From contig OX597832.1 in assembly GCA_951406725.2 (NCBI GenBank), forward strand, positions 40,734,001-40,798,000: a stretch of 64,000 nucleotides of DNA. The letters are read 5' to 3'. Made by a program: the position numbers and the translations under genes. The notes beneath the pieces are model-generated. The model ran no database searches, was not told the DNA's origin, and was given only the letters and a program-made list of their open reading frames with translations. Source of the DNA: Octopus vulgaris. Lineage: Eukaryota. Position 1 is the stretch's first letter. The number at the start of each line of letters is the position of its first letter. This document shows, piece by piece, positions 51,609 through 63,685 of the stretch.

Positions 51609-51688
51609 ATGGCTTATTCATACAATCGCCGCCAGTGGAGCCCAGACAAATGCTTCTGCTTTAGAAATATTTCCCTTTTGAGGTAAGT
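51609..51688 (+). other. Candidate alternative (first) exon end: ATG in tccATGG context, 24 codons plus AG, then consensus donor GTAAGT
   Basis: GAG|GTAAGT at 51680-51688 within a ~3-kb SINE-free stretch rich in CpG and GA repeats. Not verified by homology. Confidence 0.35.
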
Positions 51689-52973
51689 CAGTACTGAATT
51701 TTTTTTGCCCTCCCCTCCACCACCACCAACACCACCATGCAGTGTTGTGGTGGTGTACATGCCCTTCTTTTTTTTCCTCTCCGTCGGACCTCTTCATCCT
51801 CCAACAAACCATCATTTATTGCTTCGCTTCTGGAGCAAAAACTGGATAGAGTGGATGATGATGCGGTGTGCGTGTGTGTGAGATCGCTTCTTCGCTCTGT
51901 CCTTCAATTACATCAAGATTGTCTTGTGGTGGGAGAAAGAGGTGGGGTGGTGGGCTACAGGCTTTTCTTTAGTCTAAACCGTGTGTGTGGGGCATGTTGG
52001 GAGGGGCGAGTTAATCGGCACCATTGACACCATATATCATAACAGTACCATCACCAACACCACTACCACAATACTGCCATGCCCATCACCACCACCACTA
52101 TCACCACCATTTCTTCAAAACACTCCTCTACCATTCCAACTGCTGGTCTTTTATTTTTTCTTTCTTTCTTTCTGTCTTCTCTCATCTTTCGGAATATATT
52201 TACTGTTCGTAATTCCAATACTTTGATTTTTTTTCTTTTATATCTTTTAAATCTTTCTTTTTAATCTTCAACCCGTCATCAACACCATACCATCCATCCA
52301 TCCACGACCACCACCACCATTTTTTTTATTATTTGGTTTCTGCTAATTACAAACTCCTCTGGACTTAGATGCAACTAATTACTAGTAGTAGTAGTAATAG
52401 TAGTAGTAGTAATAGTAGTAGTAGTAGTAACAACCTTAGTACTATTAGAGTTGTTTTACTTTCTCGAGGTGTATATGTGTGTGTGTGTGCGTGTAATAAT
52501 GTGTAAACGCACAGTGTTCCGAGTATATTGTGTGTGTTTGTATACATTTGTGGTAATAGTACTGTTTGTAGTATTAATAGTAGCGCATAAGGCAAGGTCC
52601 TGCTTTAGTATATACACTCGCACAGGATGGTCAGAAATAATGGCTTCGCGATAGTGTTTTGGTATGTCACTAGTGTGTGTGTGCCCCGTATGTAATGAGA
52701 GATTAGACCCCCTAACTACCCTTACCCTTTCATCTCTGTCTGTCTCTCTCTCTCTCTCTCTCCGTACCCTTTCATCTCTCTCTCTCTCCGTGTCTACCCT
52801 TGCATTATCTCATGCATGGGTGAGAGAGGGAGATGGAGAGAGAGAGAGAGAGAGACAAACAGACAGAAGTTGGAACTATGCATGCAGTCTCCTTTTCGCC
52901 TCCTCCTCCTCCACCTCCTCTGCCTCTTCCTCTTCCTAAACTCGCCCTCTCTGTGATGCTTGGTACTTGCCAG

Positions 52974-53008
<35 letters not shown>

Positions 53009-53081
53009 TCTCCACCTCCTCCTCCTCCGGTAGATAGACCTGCTATTTACTGTTACTGCTGTCAGTCGGTGTGTGTGTGTG

Positions 53082-53112
<31 letters not shown>

Positions 53113-53904
53113 AGCTGCCCGAAGCCCAGCTGAGAGATGGAAAGGAAGGCAGGAAGGAGCGAGGGTGGGTGGGAGTAGGAAATTACTCGCTGTTGCTTTA
53201 AACTTCTTGTGTGCCAGACACAGAAGCACACTTCCTTCACCTCCTCCCCACCCCCTCACCCGCCCGCCGCCGCCCACACATGTTGGCAAACATCACTCTA
53301 GTCTCTCTCTTTCTCTCTTTCTCTCTCTCTCTCTCTCACACACACAAACACACACACATATATATATATATGTATATATATATACGTGGTGATTCACGTA
53401 AACACATTATCCACCCACACGTACACAAACACAGTAACATATACTAACACAACACCGTGATGCGTATATATTACAAGACTATGTAGAATGTTCAAGTGTG
53501 TGTATATATGCATGTGCATGTATGCATGCATGTGTGTGTGTGTGTGCTAAACTGCATTGATGTAATTGTGTGTATGCTTATAAACTGCACATTTATACGC
53601 AAACTGTTTATTTACACACACACGCGTGTGTATATATATACGATGTATGTGTATATATTTACCTAAATACATTTATGTATGTTGATGTGTGTGTATATTG
53701 TATATCACAAATTTGTGTGTGTATTTTATATTTGGGTATATATGTTGTAGTATGCCGTTTAAAGCCTGCCCGCAGTATTTGGTTACCTGGTGTCAACAAC
53801 AGTATGGAAGTAGATGCCTCTGAATTTACTTCAGGAATTCATTTGCGTTCTGAAAAATGTGGAGAGAACAGAAAACGGAATTTCCAATGCTCTTAATTCA
53901 TTCG

Positions 53905-54222
53905 GAACCTCTACGATCCTTTTCACCCATCATGCACTTTTACCTTACAGGTGAGGTGGTGTACAAACAGTTGTCATGCCCCATAGGTGTAGATGTCTCA
54001 CCTCCGTGTTCTTCCTTACAGAGATGGATAGTATGCTACGCTACACTAACCAAAATGTGTTGTTATAGAAATTATCGAAATGGCAAGTCAAAAAAACAAG
54101 GTACTTTTCGAAAAGTACACCTGAGGAGATGTATCTGCACCTATGATGCATGACAACTGTTTGAACAGCATCTCACCTGTAAGGCACCGGTGCACGATGG
54201 GTCAAAATGATCATAGTGGTTC
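53905..54222. mobile_element. Foldback/MITE-like element with ~100-bp imperfect inverted arms
   Basis: 53905-54004 is the reverse complement of 54123-54222 (e.g. CCTTACAGGTGAG / CTCACCTGTAAGG; AAACAGTTGTCATGC / GCATGACAACTGTTT). Confidence 0.8.
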
Positions 54223-54321
54223 TAAATAGTCTCGTGAATTCAATTTTCTATCTCTTACATTTTATATATTTAAACACACATGCACACACAAACACATGCA
54301 CACACACACACACATGCACAC

Positions 54322-54470
54322 ACAAGGGAGGGCTGAAAAGTTCCTGGCTTTGCGTAAAAGAAAATACAGGAGGATCGGTTAATTATGATTTTATTCAATA
54401 TATTTCCCTCTCAGATTCTCACACTTATTGCAGCAGTCCTTCAGTTTTTCTAAGCCCTATAAAAAGAACC
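54322..54470 (-). mobile_element. mariner transposon 3' end relic
   Basis: Minus frame GLRKLKDCCNKCENLRGKYIE* and TIR-like ACAAGGGAGGGCTGAAAAGTTC. Confidence 0.7.
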
Positions 54471-55225
54471 CAAAAGGTTGGACCCCCAACCAGGCCTTTC
54501 ACAATACCCTTAAAGCCAGTAACCGTTCAGTACCTCCTCATGTGTACACACACACACACACAAATTGCCATCAGTATTTTAATGTCCACTTTTCCATGCT
54601 TGGTATGAATTATACAGAACTAATTTAGCCAGATGTTCTATGGCCAGTTGCCCTTCCAAGGTAATAAATACTTGCCCATAACCGTTTATCTTTTCATAGG
54701 AGGTTGGAAACGAGGGACACCATATAAATGTGTGTGTGTTTGTAAGTCATCATCATCGTTTAACATCCGCTTTCCATGCTAGCATGGGTTGGACGGTTCA
54801 ACTGGGGTCTGTGAAGCCAGAAGGCTGCACCAGGCCCAGTCAGATCTGGCAGTGTATCTACAGCTGGCATGTTGGATAAGTATGTATGTATTCACACACA
54901 TAGTGTATATAAATTTGTGGATAATAACAATGGATTTCAACACCTGCACAAGAGTTCAAATATGTAAATGAGAGGGTCTCAGTTGATTGAACTGAGCCCA
55001 CTCGGTGACTGGTATTATTAGCATCTCAACTGACCAAAACTATGAACATTAGCACAAAACCCAGCAGCATTTCTTCAACCCAAACAATCCTGCCAGTATA
55101 CAAACAAAACATTAATCATTTAACTATTTCAGTCATGTGTGGATTCCCAGTCTCTCTCTCCACAACAAACAACACAACACGTCAGAGACTGTGCACAGGC
55201 CACACCTACACATCACCTACAAAAT

Positions 55226-55458
55226 GAGCCAATGCAGTTTCTCCCTACGTGGTTGCTCAATCTGCTAGAAATAACAGCCAAAACTTCTTTGAATTGCACT
55301 ATTGTGTTTTTCGACAAAATTTTTGTTTTCTAAGTGACATGTTGGATAATGTGTTCCTAGGTTCTCTGCATATAGGGAAATGATGGGATGGGATGATCAT
55401 GATCACGGACATCACAGGTCTACTTGGTGTGGGTTGACCTGGGGCTAAACAACAACAA
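55226..55458 (+). mobile_element. Family E short repeat (best end-to-end copy)
   Basis: GAGCCAATG...CCCTACGTGGTTGCTCAATCTGCTAGAAATAACAGCCAAA...GACCTGGGGCTAAACAACAACAA. Confidence 0.78.
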
Positions 55459-55930
55459 TACTTGATGAAAGTGCATCTGGCTGTGTGAAAAGCTCAACTC
55501 GCTCAGTTCTTGCCAGCTCTGTCCTTGCTCATTCACTCGGTCCAATTTCCAGTTCTGTCCAAATCCAAAGATCACTAAGACTGTTATTCAACTGAAATCT
55601 GTGGTACTTAGTAGCTCATTCCCCCTCTTTCTGCTACTTTTACCAGTAAGTATTTTTTATAAATGTCCCCTTCCCAAGTTTTGCTCCCCACAAAACAAAA
55701 ATAGCCGTGGCTGTGTGGTAAGAAGCTTGCTTCCCAACTGCATGGTTCCAGGTTCAGTTCCACTGCATGGCATTACATTTGACAGAAAAATCTGAATGCT
55801 AAAGGCTTAAATATTTCATTTCTAATAAAAAAAAAAAGTCATGTCCCACCCCCAAATACACACTTACCCCTTGTGTCCCCTTGACAGTTATCGCCCACTT
55901 GTGTGTGTCTTTGTTTATCCGAACCAGTGT

Positions 55931-55990
55931 TTCTGGGTTTGGGTGGTAGCACCCTCTTAGTTCTGGGTTTGGGTGGTAGCACCCTCTTAG
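55931..55990. repeat. Perfect 30-bp tandem duplication
   Basis: TTCTGGGTTTGGGTGGTAGCACCCTCTTAG twice. Confidence 0.95.
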
Positions 55991-56149
55991 TGCTAACTCT
56001 GAGAAGAACCACTGGTCCAGACAAACAACAATACACTCAAACAACAGTTGCAGCAAGAAGTTCCTTAATTCTTAACATTGCGTTAGGACGCACATTGCAG
56101 AGGGACAATTGTTATGTCCTGACCAAGCTCACTTTGGTTACCTCTAGAA

Positions 56150-56476
56150 CAGTGATTCTGAACCATTATCTATGGACCCCTTTGATTACTTTTTTATTCT
56201 GGTGGACCCCCATAGCCATTTGATGTTTGAAAACTAGATTTATAGAAACTTCTTTTCAAACTTCCTATTTTGTTATTCACGCTTTCACTTTTGCAGGTTA
56301 AACTGTGTAAAACGTCAGAGAAAGAAACCCAGCTGTTTCTTGCAATGAAGCAAATTATTTTCATGGAGCCTTAAAATATTACTGTGAATCTCCAATTTAC
56401 TGTTTTGCTTGCTTGGACTTCAAAAAATCTTATATGGACCGTCAGGGATCATATGGTTTCTGGTAAAGAATCACTG
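56150..56476. mobile_element. hAT (Charlie-type) MITE
   Basis: TIR CAGTGATTCT / AGAATCACTG; 8-bp TSD CTCTAGAA (56142-56149) / TTCTAGAA (56477-56484), matching the NTCTAGAN target. Confidence 0.85.
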
Positions 56477-57962
56477 TTCTAGAATATATTTGTAATAATT
56501 TTGGGCCCATCAGGCATCTTCTGTGCTATTGTTTGATATGCTAAAAATCATCATCGTTTAATGTCCGTTTTCCATGCTAGCATGGGTTGGACAGTTTGAC
56601 TGGGGTCTGGGAAGCCAGGAGGCCGCACCAGACTCCAGTCTGATCTGGCAGTGTTTCTACAGCTGGATTCCCTTCCTAACACCAATCACTCTGTAAGTGT
56701 AGCTAAAAATGTTAATATAATTTCCTTTAAACTACACTCTACCTAGAAATAATGTAGTCCACACCACACTATATTGAAATGAATATGGGATGATCAGGGA
56801 AGGACTCTCTTTGACCATAGATTTGCTCAATCAGAGCTGATTAACCATTAGGAGATGACAGGGCCGATCTGTTGGCCAAAAAGTTGAATGACGAAGAAGA
56901 TTGAATTAGTTCATTCAATTTCTTACAAGAATATATATAATTACATATATGTAAAATAATTACTTTACTTTTTATAATTTTTGTTGAAGAATAAGTGCAT
57001 GCTCTTTGTAGGGCTTGTGAAAAGTAGACTAGGATGGGATTTGAACTCAGACAACAAAGAGCCAGAATAAAGCCTGTATTCTAGTCTGACATCCTTACAG
57101 TTGGGTCAGTACTTTTTATTGACTCTGACAGGATAAAAGTTGACCCCTGTGGAATTTGAACTCGGAGCACAGAGACATGAAACAAACACCAAGGGGTATT
57201 CTAATTGATGCTCTGACAACTCTAGGACTTCATTTCTCAATTTGTCCCTCTTTTATTTTTTAAAAGACATCAGAGCACAGCTGATGGAAATTTGGCTGCT
57301 ATTTCTAGCAGATTGAGCAACTACTGAGACTGCTTCTTTTACTTTGGAATAGCTACTCAAAATAGGATGTATCAGTATCTCCATCATTGTCTTTACTGTT
57401 ATAAATGGTGATAACGGAATATTCATTGTTTATTTCCTGTACAGTGTAACCAAAATATTGGAATTTACGAGAAACCTGATACTTAATAGGTGTTAGTCAT
57501 CACTCAGAGGTGATAATTAGCAGCATCCTTGCAGAACTGAAGGATTCTGATACAGCAGTAGTGCCTTCTTGATCCTACCAGAACCTAAGGTATTGGCTGC
57601 TTTATCAAGAAAAGATTCCTGATGTACTTCAGAGAAACTTAAGAAGTGAACTGATTGAGGTAATATCCTAAATACCCCCTGATACCTTCTCTTCTTCTGG
57701 GTACTATTATACCAGTCCAGGATTTGAGAATTCTTCAGCTGGGTGGTAGATTTAATCCTTTAGTATTTAAACTGGTCATATCCATAAATATTCTACCAGC
57801 AAATGCAGGTCTTTACCGATGGTATAATATATATAAAAAAATGGACCCCAAAAACAAAGGGCTGAGAACAGTAATAGTTGTACATTCTGCTTTATCTCCA
57901 TCCATTTCAAAGAGAAAGTTCCTTGCTATAAGCATTCTATTTGAAAGTACATTTGCAATCTT

Positions 57963-58192
57963 TTTCTTTACTACCCACAAGGGGCTAAACACAGAGAGGA
58001 CAAACAAGGACAGACAAACGGATTAAGTCGATTATATCGACCCCAGTGTGTAACTGGTACTTAATTTATCGACCCCGAAAGGATGAAAGACAAAGTCGAC
58101 TTCGGCGGAATTTGAACTCAGAACCTAATGGCAGACGAAATACGGCTAAGCATTTCGCCCGGCGTGTTAACGTTTCTGCCAGCTCGCCGCCT
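57963..58192 (-). mobile_element. Full-length young SINE-B with TSD TTTGCAATCT
   Basis: TSD at 57952-57961 and 58195-58204. Confidence 0.92.
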
Positions 58193-59107
58193 TTTTTGCA
58201 ATCTGTTTAATAGCATATGTGATGGTCTCTGAGATTAAGCAACAGATAGTTTAGTTGATCGTGTATGATTGAGGAAAGACAACTAAAAATATCTGCAATA
58301 ATATTTTGCCAGACGCATGGGAATTTGGTTCGACTGTTTCTAGAGACGTATCCTTGGCCGGTTCTTTGTGAACAGATGGATTTAGGCACAACAATGGTTT
58401 TGAAGAGAGCATGTGTTTTTCAGTTCAATATTTAGACGCATCATGATGACTGAATACCCAAAAGGTAGCTTTACTGTTGCATTCTGGGTATTTCGCTGTT
58501 GTAAGTTCAAACTTAGCTTTGGTTGGAAGATCTAAAGTTGTGAGTCTTTAGTGGCATATGTTCTGTTGTAAGCATATGGACCTTATCTCTGGCCTGGAGT
58601 TAGATATATCAATATGTTGCTGTGTTCTCTCTTACTACTGTAACCCAGGAATTGTGGTTTTTGCTTCCCTTTCTCTCTCTCTCACCAGTTACAGTTTGTA
58701 AAGGTCATGGCCATTACACTACTGCCTCTGATTAAGCTCTGTGTGTGTGTGTGTGCATGCATAGCATGTAATAGTGTTATCGTTATTTTGTCATCGTTTT
58801 ATCACCTGTTTTTCCATGCTTGCATGTCTCAGAATTCATTGAAGCTGATTCTCTACAGCCAGATACCCTTCTTGTCCCTAATCCTGATCTGTTTCCAAGC
58901 AAGATAATATTTCCCTTTGGCTGGATATGTTTATGGGAAAGACTGGAAACAAACAACATCACTTGCATGGTAGTGATGCATGTTTGCAACTATCACACAT
59001 TGCCAAAGTAGAGAGAGAGACACGCACACACACTGGTCGACTAAAACCTAGGGCTATAGTAGAAGACACTTGCACAAGGCACTGTATAGTGTGACTGAGC
59101 CATATAT

Positions 59108-59160
<53 letters not shown>

Positions 59161-59494
59161 ATGTGTGTAATGTTATATAAGTGCTGAAATAAAATATCAG
59201 TCATAAATGGAGGCCAATATGACTGCCCCTCTCAAATTGTACCTAGAAAAAATTAGGAAAAAAAAGGTGGCTGGCTGGCTGAATTCTTAGCATGTCAGAC
59301 AAAATGCTACTAAACATTGCGTCTGTTTTTACATTTTGAGTTCAAATTCTGCTGAGGTCGATTTTGCATCTCGTCCCTTTTGGAGTCAATGAAATAAGCA
59401 CCAGTTGAGCACTGGGTTCGTTGTAATCAGCTAGTTCCTGCCTCAAATTTCAGGCCTTGTGCCTATTGTAGAAAGGATTGTTGTTGTTGTTAAT

Positions 59495-60051
59495 ATTATT
59501 ATTGAGTGAGAGAGCAGTGTATGCCATCTAAGTGACACTGGGTTACAAATATATGAAGCCCAGTATACCCATCATGACTTGCTGTCTGATAAAGGTATCC
59601 CAGACACATGCACCACAACCATATGTGCACAACATGGTGATTTCATATCAAAATAAACCAGCACCTGACCTTGCAGGTGGGGGTCCAGTTAGAATTCAGG
59701 TTGAGTTGCCCATCCTGCTCAAAAGGTCCCTGAACAAGGGTTTTTAAGGATGTTGAACAAAACACCTATGATTCCAAAGATGAATTATTCAAACCCCAAA
59801 GAATTCCTCTCAGCACATTGCTATGATGCTTCCCCACTACTTCTACTTACAGAGGTGCACATATCGTCAGCCACTAAGGGACATGCTCAATGGTTACTGT
59901 CAAACAACTGACAAGCAAATACGTGGTATTCAGCAGAATATCTGTTGTAGCCCATCTTTTTTATACCAAGACAAAACACGTAGATGATAACACTTCCAAT
60001 CAGTTAAGATTAGAATTCTTGAGAACCAGTGCCTAGTACTGCATCAAGGCA
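59495..60051 (-). mobile_element. Family D ~550-bp non-coding retroposon-like repeat with (AAT)n tail; partial second copy at 60078-60231
   Basis: GAGAGAGC..GTGACACTGGG..GAAGCCCA..CATCATGACT..GTCTGATAA is shared between the two copies. Confidence 0.65.
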
Positions 60052-60921
60052 TCATCATCATCATCATCATCATTTAGCGAGAGAGCTGTGTACCCCATCA
60101 AAGTGACACTGGGGTACAATATACGAAGCCCAATATACCATCATGACTACTCGTCTGATAAGGGTACACTGGGCAAATGCATCACAACCATACGTGTGCA
60201 ACTTGGTGATCTCATATCAAGATAAACAGCTATCATCATCATCATCATCATTTTAATTAATAATAGAAGATATTTTGCAAAATTCATCTCTTAAAACAAT
60301 ATTAACTTGTTGAGTTATGAGTGAGAATATATTTGCAAGTTTTTCTTCTCTCCCTATATCGAAGAAATAAGGGCCTTGTCGAAAGCTTGTGACGGTCACC
60401 TTCCTTGGAAAGTGCAAGATGGGAACAACTGCAACCGTTATTTAGATTACTGAAGAACTCATCCACCACAGATATACCACATATACATGCGCACAGCTGA
60501 TCAAACATGTAGGTGTAACACACAGTTGCACTATTCTCGACAGGTTCTTAGAGTCTGTCTTGAAATAGAGCCACGCTACATGACTATGTTATTTAGTGAG
60601 ATATTGTGTAGGAGTGTTTTGTGACATGTAAAAGCATGTTTCTAATTTGTTGGTCAGTGTGTCCTTACATAACAACAGGTTTTGCCAGTAATTGTAGACA
60701 GGTAACAAAGATTTAGTTATTGATTCCTGATTGGCAACAAACTATCATGCGGTTTGACTGTATTGCCAATCCCAATTACACTCTGCCGTTTGCAGCATCT
60801 ACTTGTTGGCTGCAGGCATGGATGGCTATGTGACTGACTAAGTTCATCTCGTAACAGCATGGTTCCAGGTTCATTTCCCCCACTGTGCAGCATACCTTGG
60901 ACAAGTGTCTTCTACCATATC

Positions 60922-61152
60922 TATTTCTTTACTACCCCCAAGGGGCTAAACATAGAGGGGACAAACAAGGACAGACATAGGTATCAAGTCGATTACAATG
61001 ACCCCAGTGCGTAACTGGTACTTTATTTATCGACCCCGAAAGGATGAAAGGCAAAGTCGACCTCGGCAGAATTTGAACTCACAACGTAACGGCAGACGAA
61101 ATACCGGTAAGCATTTCGCCCGGCATGCTAACGTTTCTGCCAGCTCGCCGCC
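60922..61152 (-). mobile_element. Young SINE-B inserted into an old SINE-A head, TSD TTCTACCATATC
   Basis: TSD at 60910-60921 and 61158-61169; the A head continues on both sides. Confidence 0.9.
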
Positions 61153-62927
61153 ATGTATTCTACCATATCATTGGCTCAACCAATACTTTATGAGCTGAAT
61201 TTGGTAGATGGGAACTGCATGACAAAAACAAAACAAAACACAGAAGGGCAGCTGCCTATTAAACAATCCTCCTCCTCCTCATCCCCTCTTCCTCCCCCTC
61301 CTCCTCCTCCTCCCCTACTCTTCCTCCTCCTCCCCTACTCTTCCCCCTCCTCCTCTACTCTTCCCCCTCCTCCCCTACTCTTCCCCCTCCTCCTCCTACT
61401 CTTCCTCCCCCTCCTCCTCCAGGCAATAACAGAGGAATTCAAGACACGTAAAAAGTGGTGGCATGTAAAAAGCACCATCCAAACGTGGCTGCCATGCCAG
61501 TGCCCCCTGACTGGCTGCCATGCCAGTGGAATGTAGAAAGCACTGTCTGAATGTGATCAATGCCCCAGGGCCACCTGACTGGCTCCAATGCTGGTGGCAC
61601 GTAAAAAGCGCTCATTACACTGTCAGAGTGGTTGGCATTAGGAAGGGCATCCAGCTGTAGAAACATTGCCAGATCAGATTTAAGCCTGTTGCGGCTGCTG
61701 GCTCTCCGGACCTCAGTCAGACTGTCCAATCCATGCCATCATGGAAAACGGACGTAAAACAATGATGATATATATATATATATATTCTTTATATATGTAT
61801 GTGTATTTTTGTGTGCCCTTGTCTAGACATCACATGATGGCTAGCATCATCATCATCATCATCATCATCATCATGCAAGTGAAACTGTTCATTTCTTGCC
61901 TTCCATGAAAAACATGTGTAGCTATGTGAAAATGTGTGTGTGTGTTTGTTGTCCTCCCAAACTGGTGTTGGTTTGTTTATGTTCCTATAACTTTGCAGTT
62001 TGGCAAATAGAATAAGCACTGAACTTTAAAAAATTAGTACTGGGGGTTGGTTTGTTTGGCCAAAGCCAAACAGTGCTCTAGCATGGCCACAGTTCAGTGA
62101 CTGGAACAAGTGAAAGATGAAAGAGTTCTAGTAGGTCAGGCAGTCATGCAAAAGTAATGCACTGCGAACAATGCAGCGTGGTGGAACTAATGCCTCTCCC
62201 TGTTATTGACAATGATTGACAAAGGCATCCATGAGAAAGTGCACCTGTGTTACACATTTGATTCCCCAGGACCTTATAACCAAAACATCTTGGCTCTGCT
62301 TGTACTTAGCAGTAGAATAATGTATCTTTTAAAACTGGAATGAAAGCAGATATTCTGAGACAGAATGAACTTAGATGAACCAGCAGAGAGTATCTGGAAT
62401 ATGACCTCACTTGATCACCTTGGGATATTTATTTAACCTGCTGGTTGTTCTCTTCCCCAGGCACATTGGCAGACCCATCATCTTAACCATATATTCCCCA
62501 CCCAGTTTAGTCAGGATCTCTTCCACCCCTTTTCATTTCAAGTTTCTTCACTTCCCAAATAGGTTACTCTGATTTCATGAATTAAGAAAAAGCAAGCATA
62601 TGTACGTGTGTGTGTGTGTGTGTGTGTGTGTGTCTAACACTATACACACACACTCATGCATGTGAAGAGCATATAAAACAACCCCCCACCCGAATATCCA
62701 ATATCCATGAGAAAAGTAACAATAAATAAATAAATAAAAAGTTAAAATATCTCAAGTGTTTTGTTAAATTCAATAGTGTATACAGTTAAGAGTTGTGTTG
62801 AAACACACATATTGCTTGCATAAAATATAATTTTGAGGACCCGTTTAGAGAAAAACAACTTTATATATGATATATGCATAACTTGCTTTTCATTTCCTTT
62901 CACTACACTCATGTGTGTGTGTGTGTT

Positions 62928-62976
<49 letters not shown>

Positions 62977-63029
62977 TCTACACACACACACCCCTTTCCT
63001 TCCAGTCTTTCAAAATGTGACCTCATGTG

Positions 63030-63215
63030 TACCGTTGGCGATTTTTTTTTCCTCTGTCTTCCCTTCTCTGGATCTTTCCTTCTCCTATGTTTCCGATGAA
63101 GAGCTCCGCTCAAAACGTTAAACCCTCCTTCTTTCCTGAGCGTCCAATAATTCTATATTTGTTCCACGTCCTCGCGTTGTTGTGTTTTTTTGTGCTTTCT
63201 TGTTTGGATTAACTT

Positions 63216-63216
<1 letters not shown>
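63030..63216 (+). mobile_element. Penelope-like terminal repeat relic ending in (TA)n with hammerhead-like motif (63089-63123)
   Basis: GTTT-CCGATGA-A-GAGC-TCC-GCTC-AAAA-CGTT-AAAC. Confidence 0.65.
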
Positions 63217-63264
<48 letters not shown>

Positions 63265-63295
63265 TTATGTATATATGTATATATATATATATATA

Positions 63296-63685
63296 ATGTG
63301 GCTGTGTGGTAAAAGTTTACTTCCCAACCACATGGTTCCAGGTTCAGTGTCACTGTGTGGCATCTTAGGCAAGTGTCTTCTACTATAGCGTCGGGTGGAC
63401 CAAAGCCTTGTGAGTGGATTTAGTAACGAGAAACTGAAAGAAGCCTGCCATAGAAGATATGTATATATATTTTTTGTGTGTCTTTGTGTCTGTGTTTGTC
63501 TCCCACCACTTCTTGATAGCCGGTGTTGGTTTGTTTACATCTCCATTACTTAACAGTTCAGCAAAAAAAAAATCAATAAAATAAGTACCGGGCTTAAAAA
63601 AGAAAACAAGTACAGGAATCGATTCATTTGACTGAAATTCCTCAAAATGGTGCTCCAGCATGGCCGCAGTCTAATGACTGAAGCC
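63296..63685 (+). mobile_element. SINE-A copy
   Basis: Head, hinge and tail present. Confidence 0.88.

Noticed and set aside
60302-60523. Possible Penelope RT fragment (VVDEFFSNLNN...KEGD..KL, minus)
   Set aside because: Resemblance too weak to call without a profile search.
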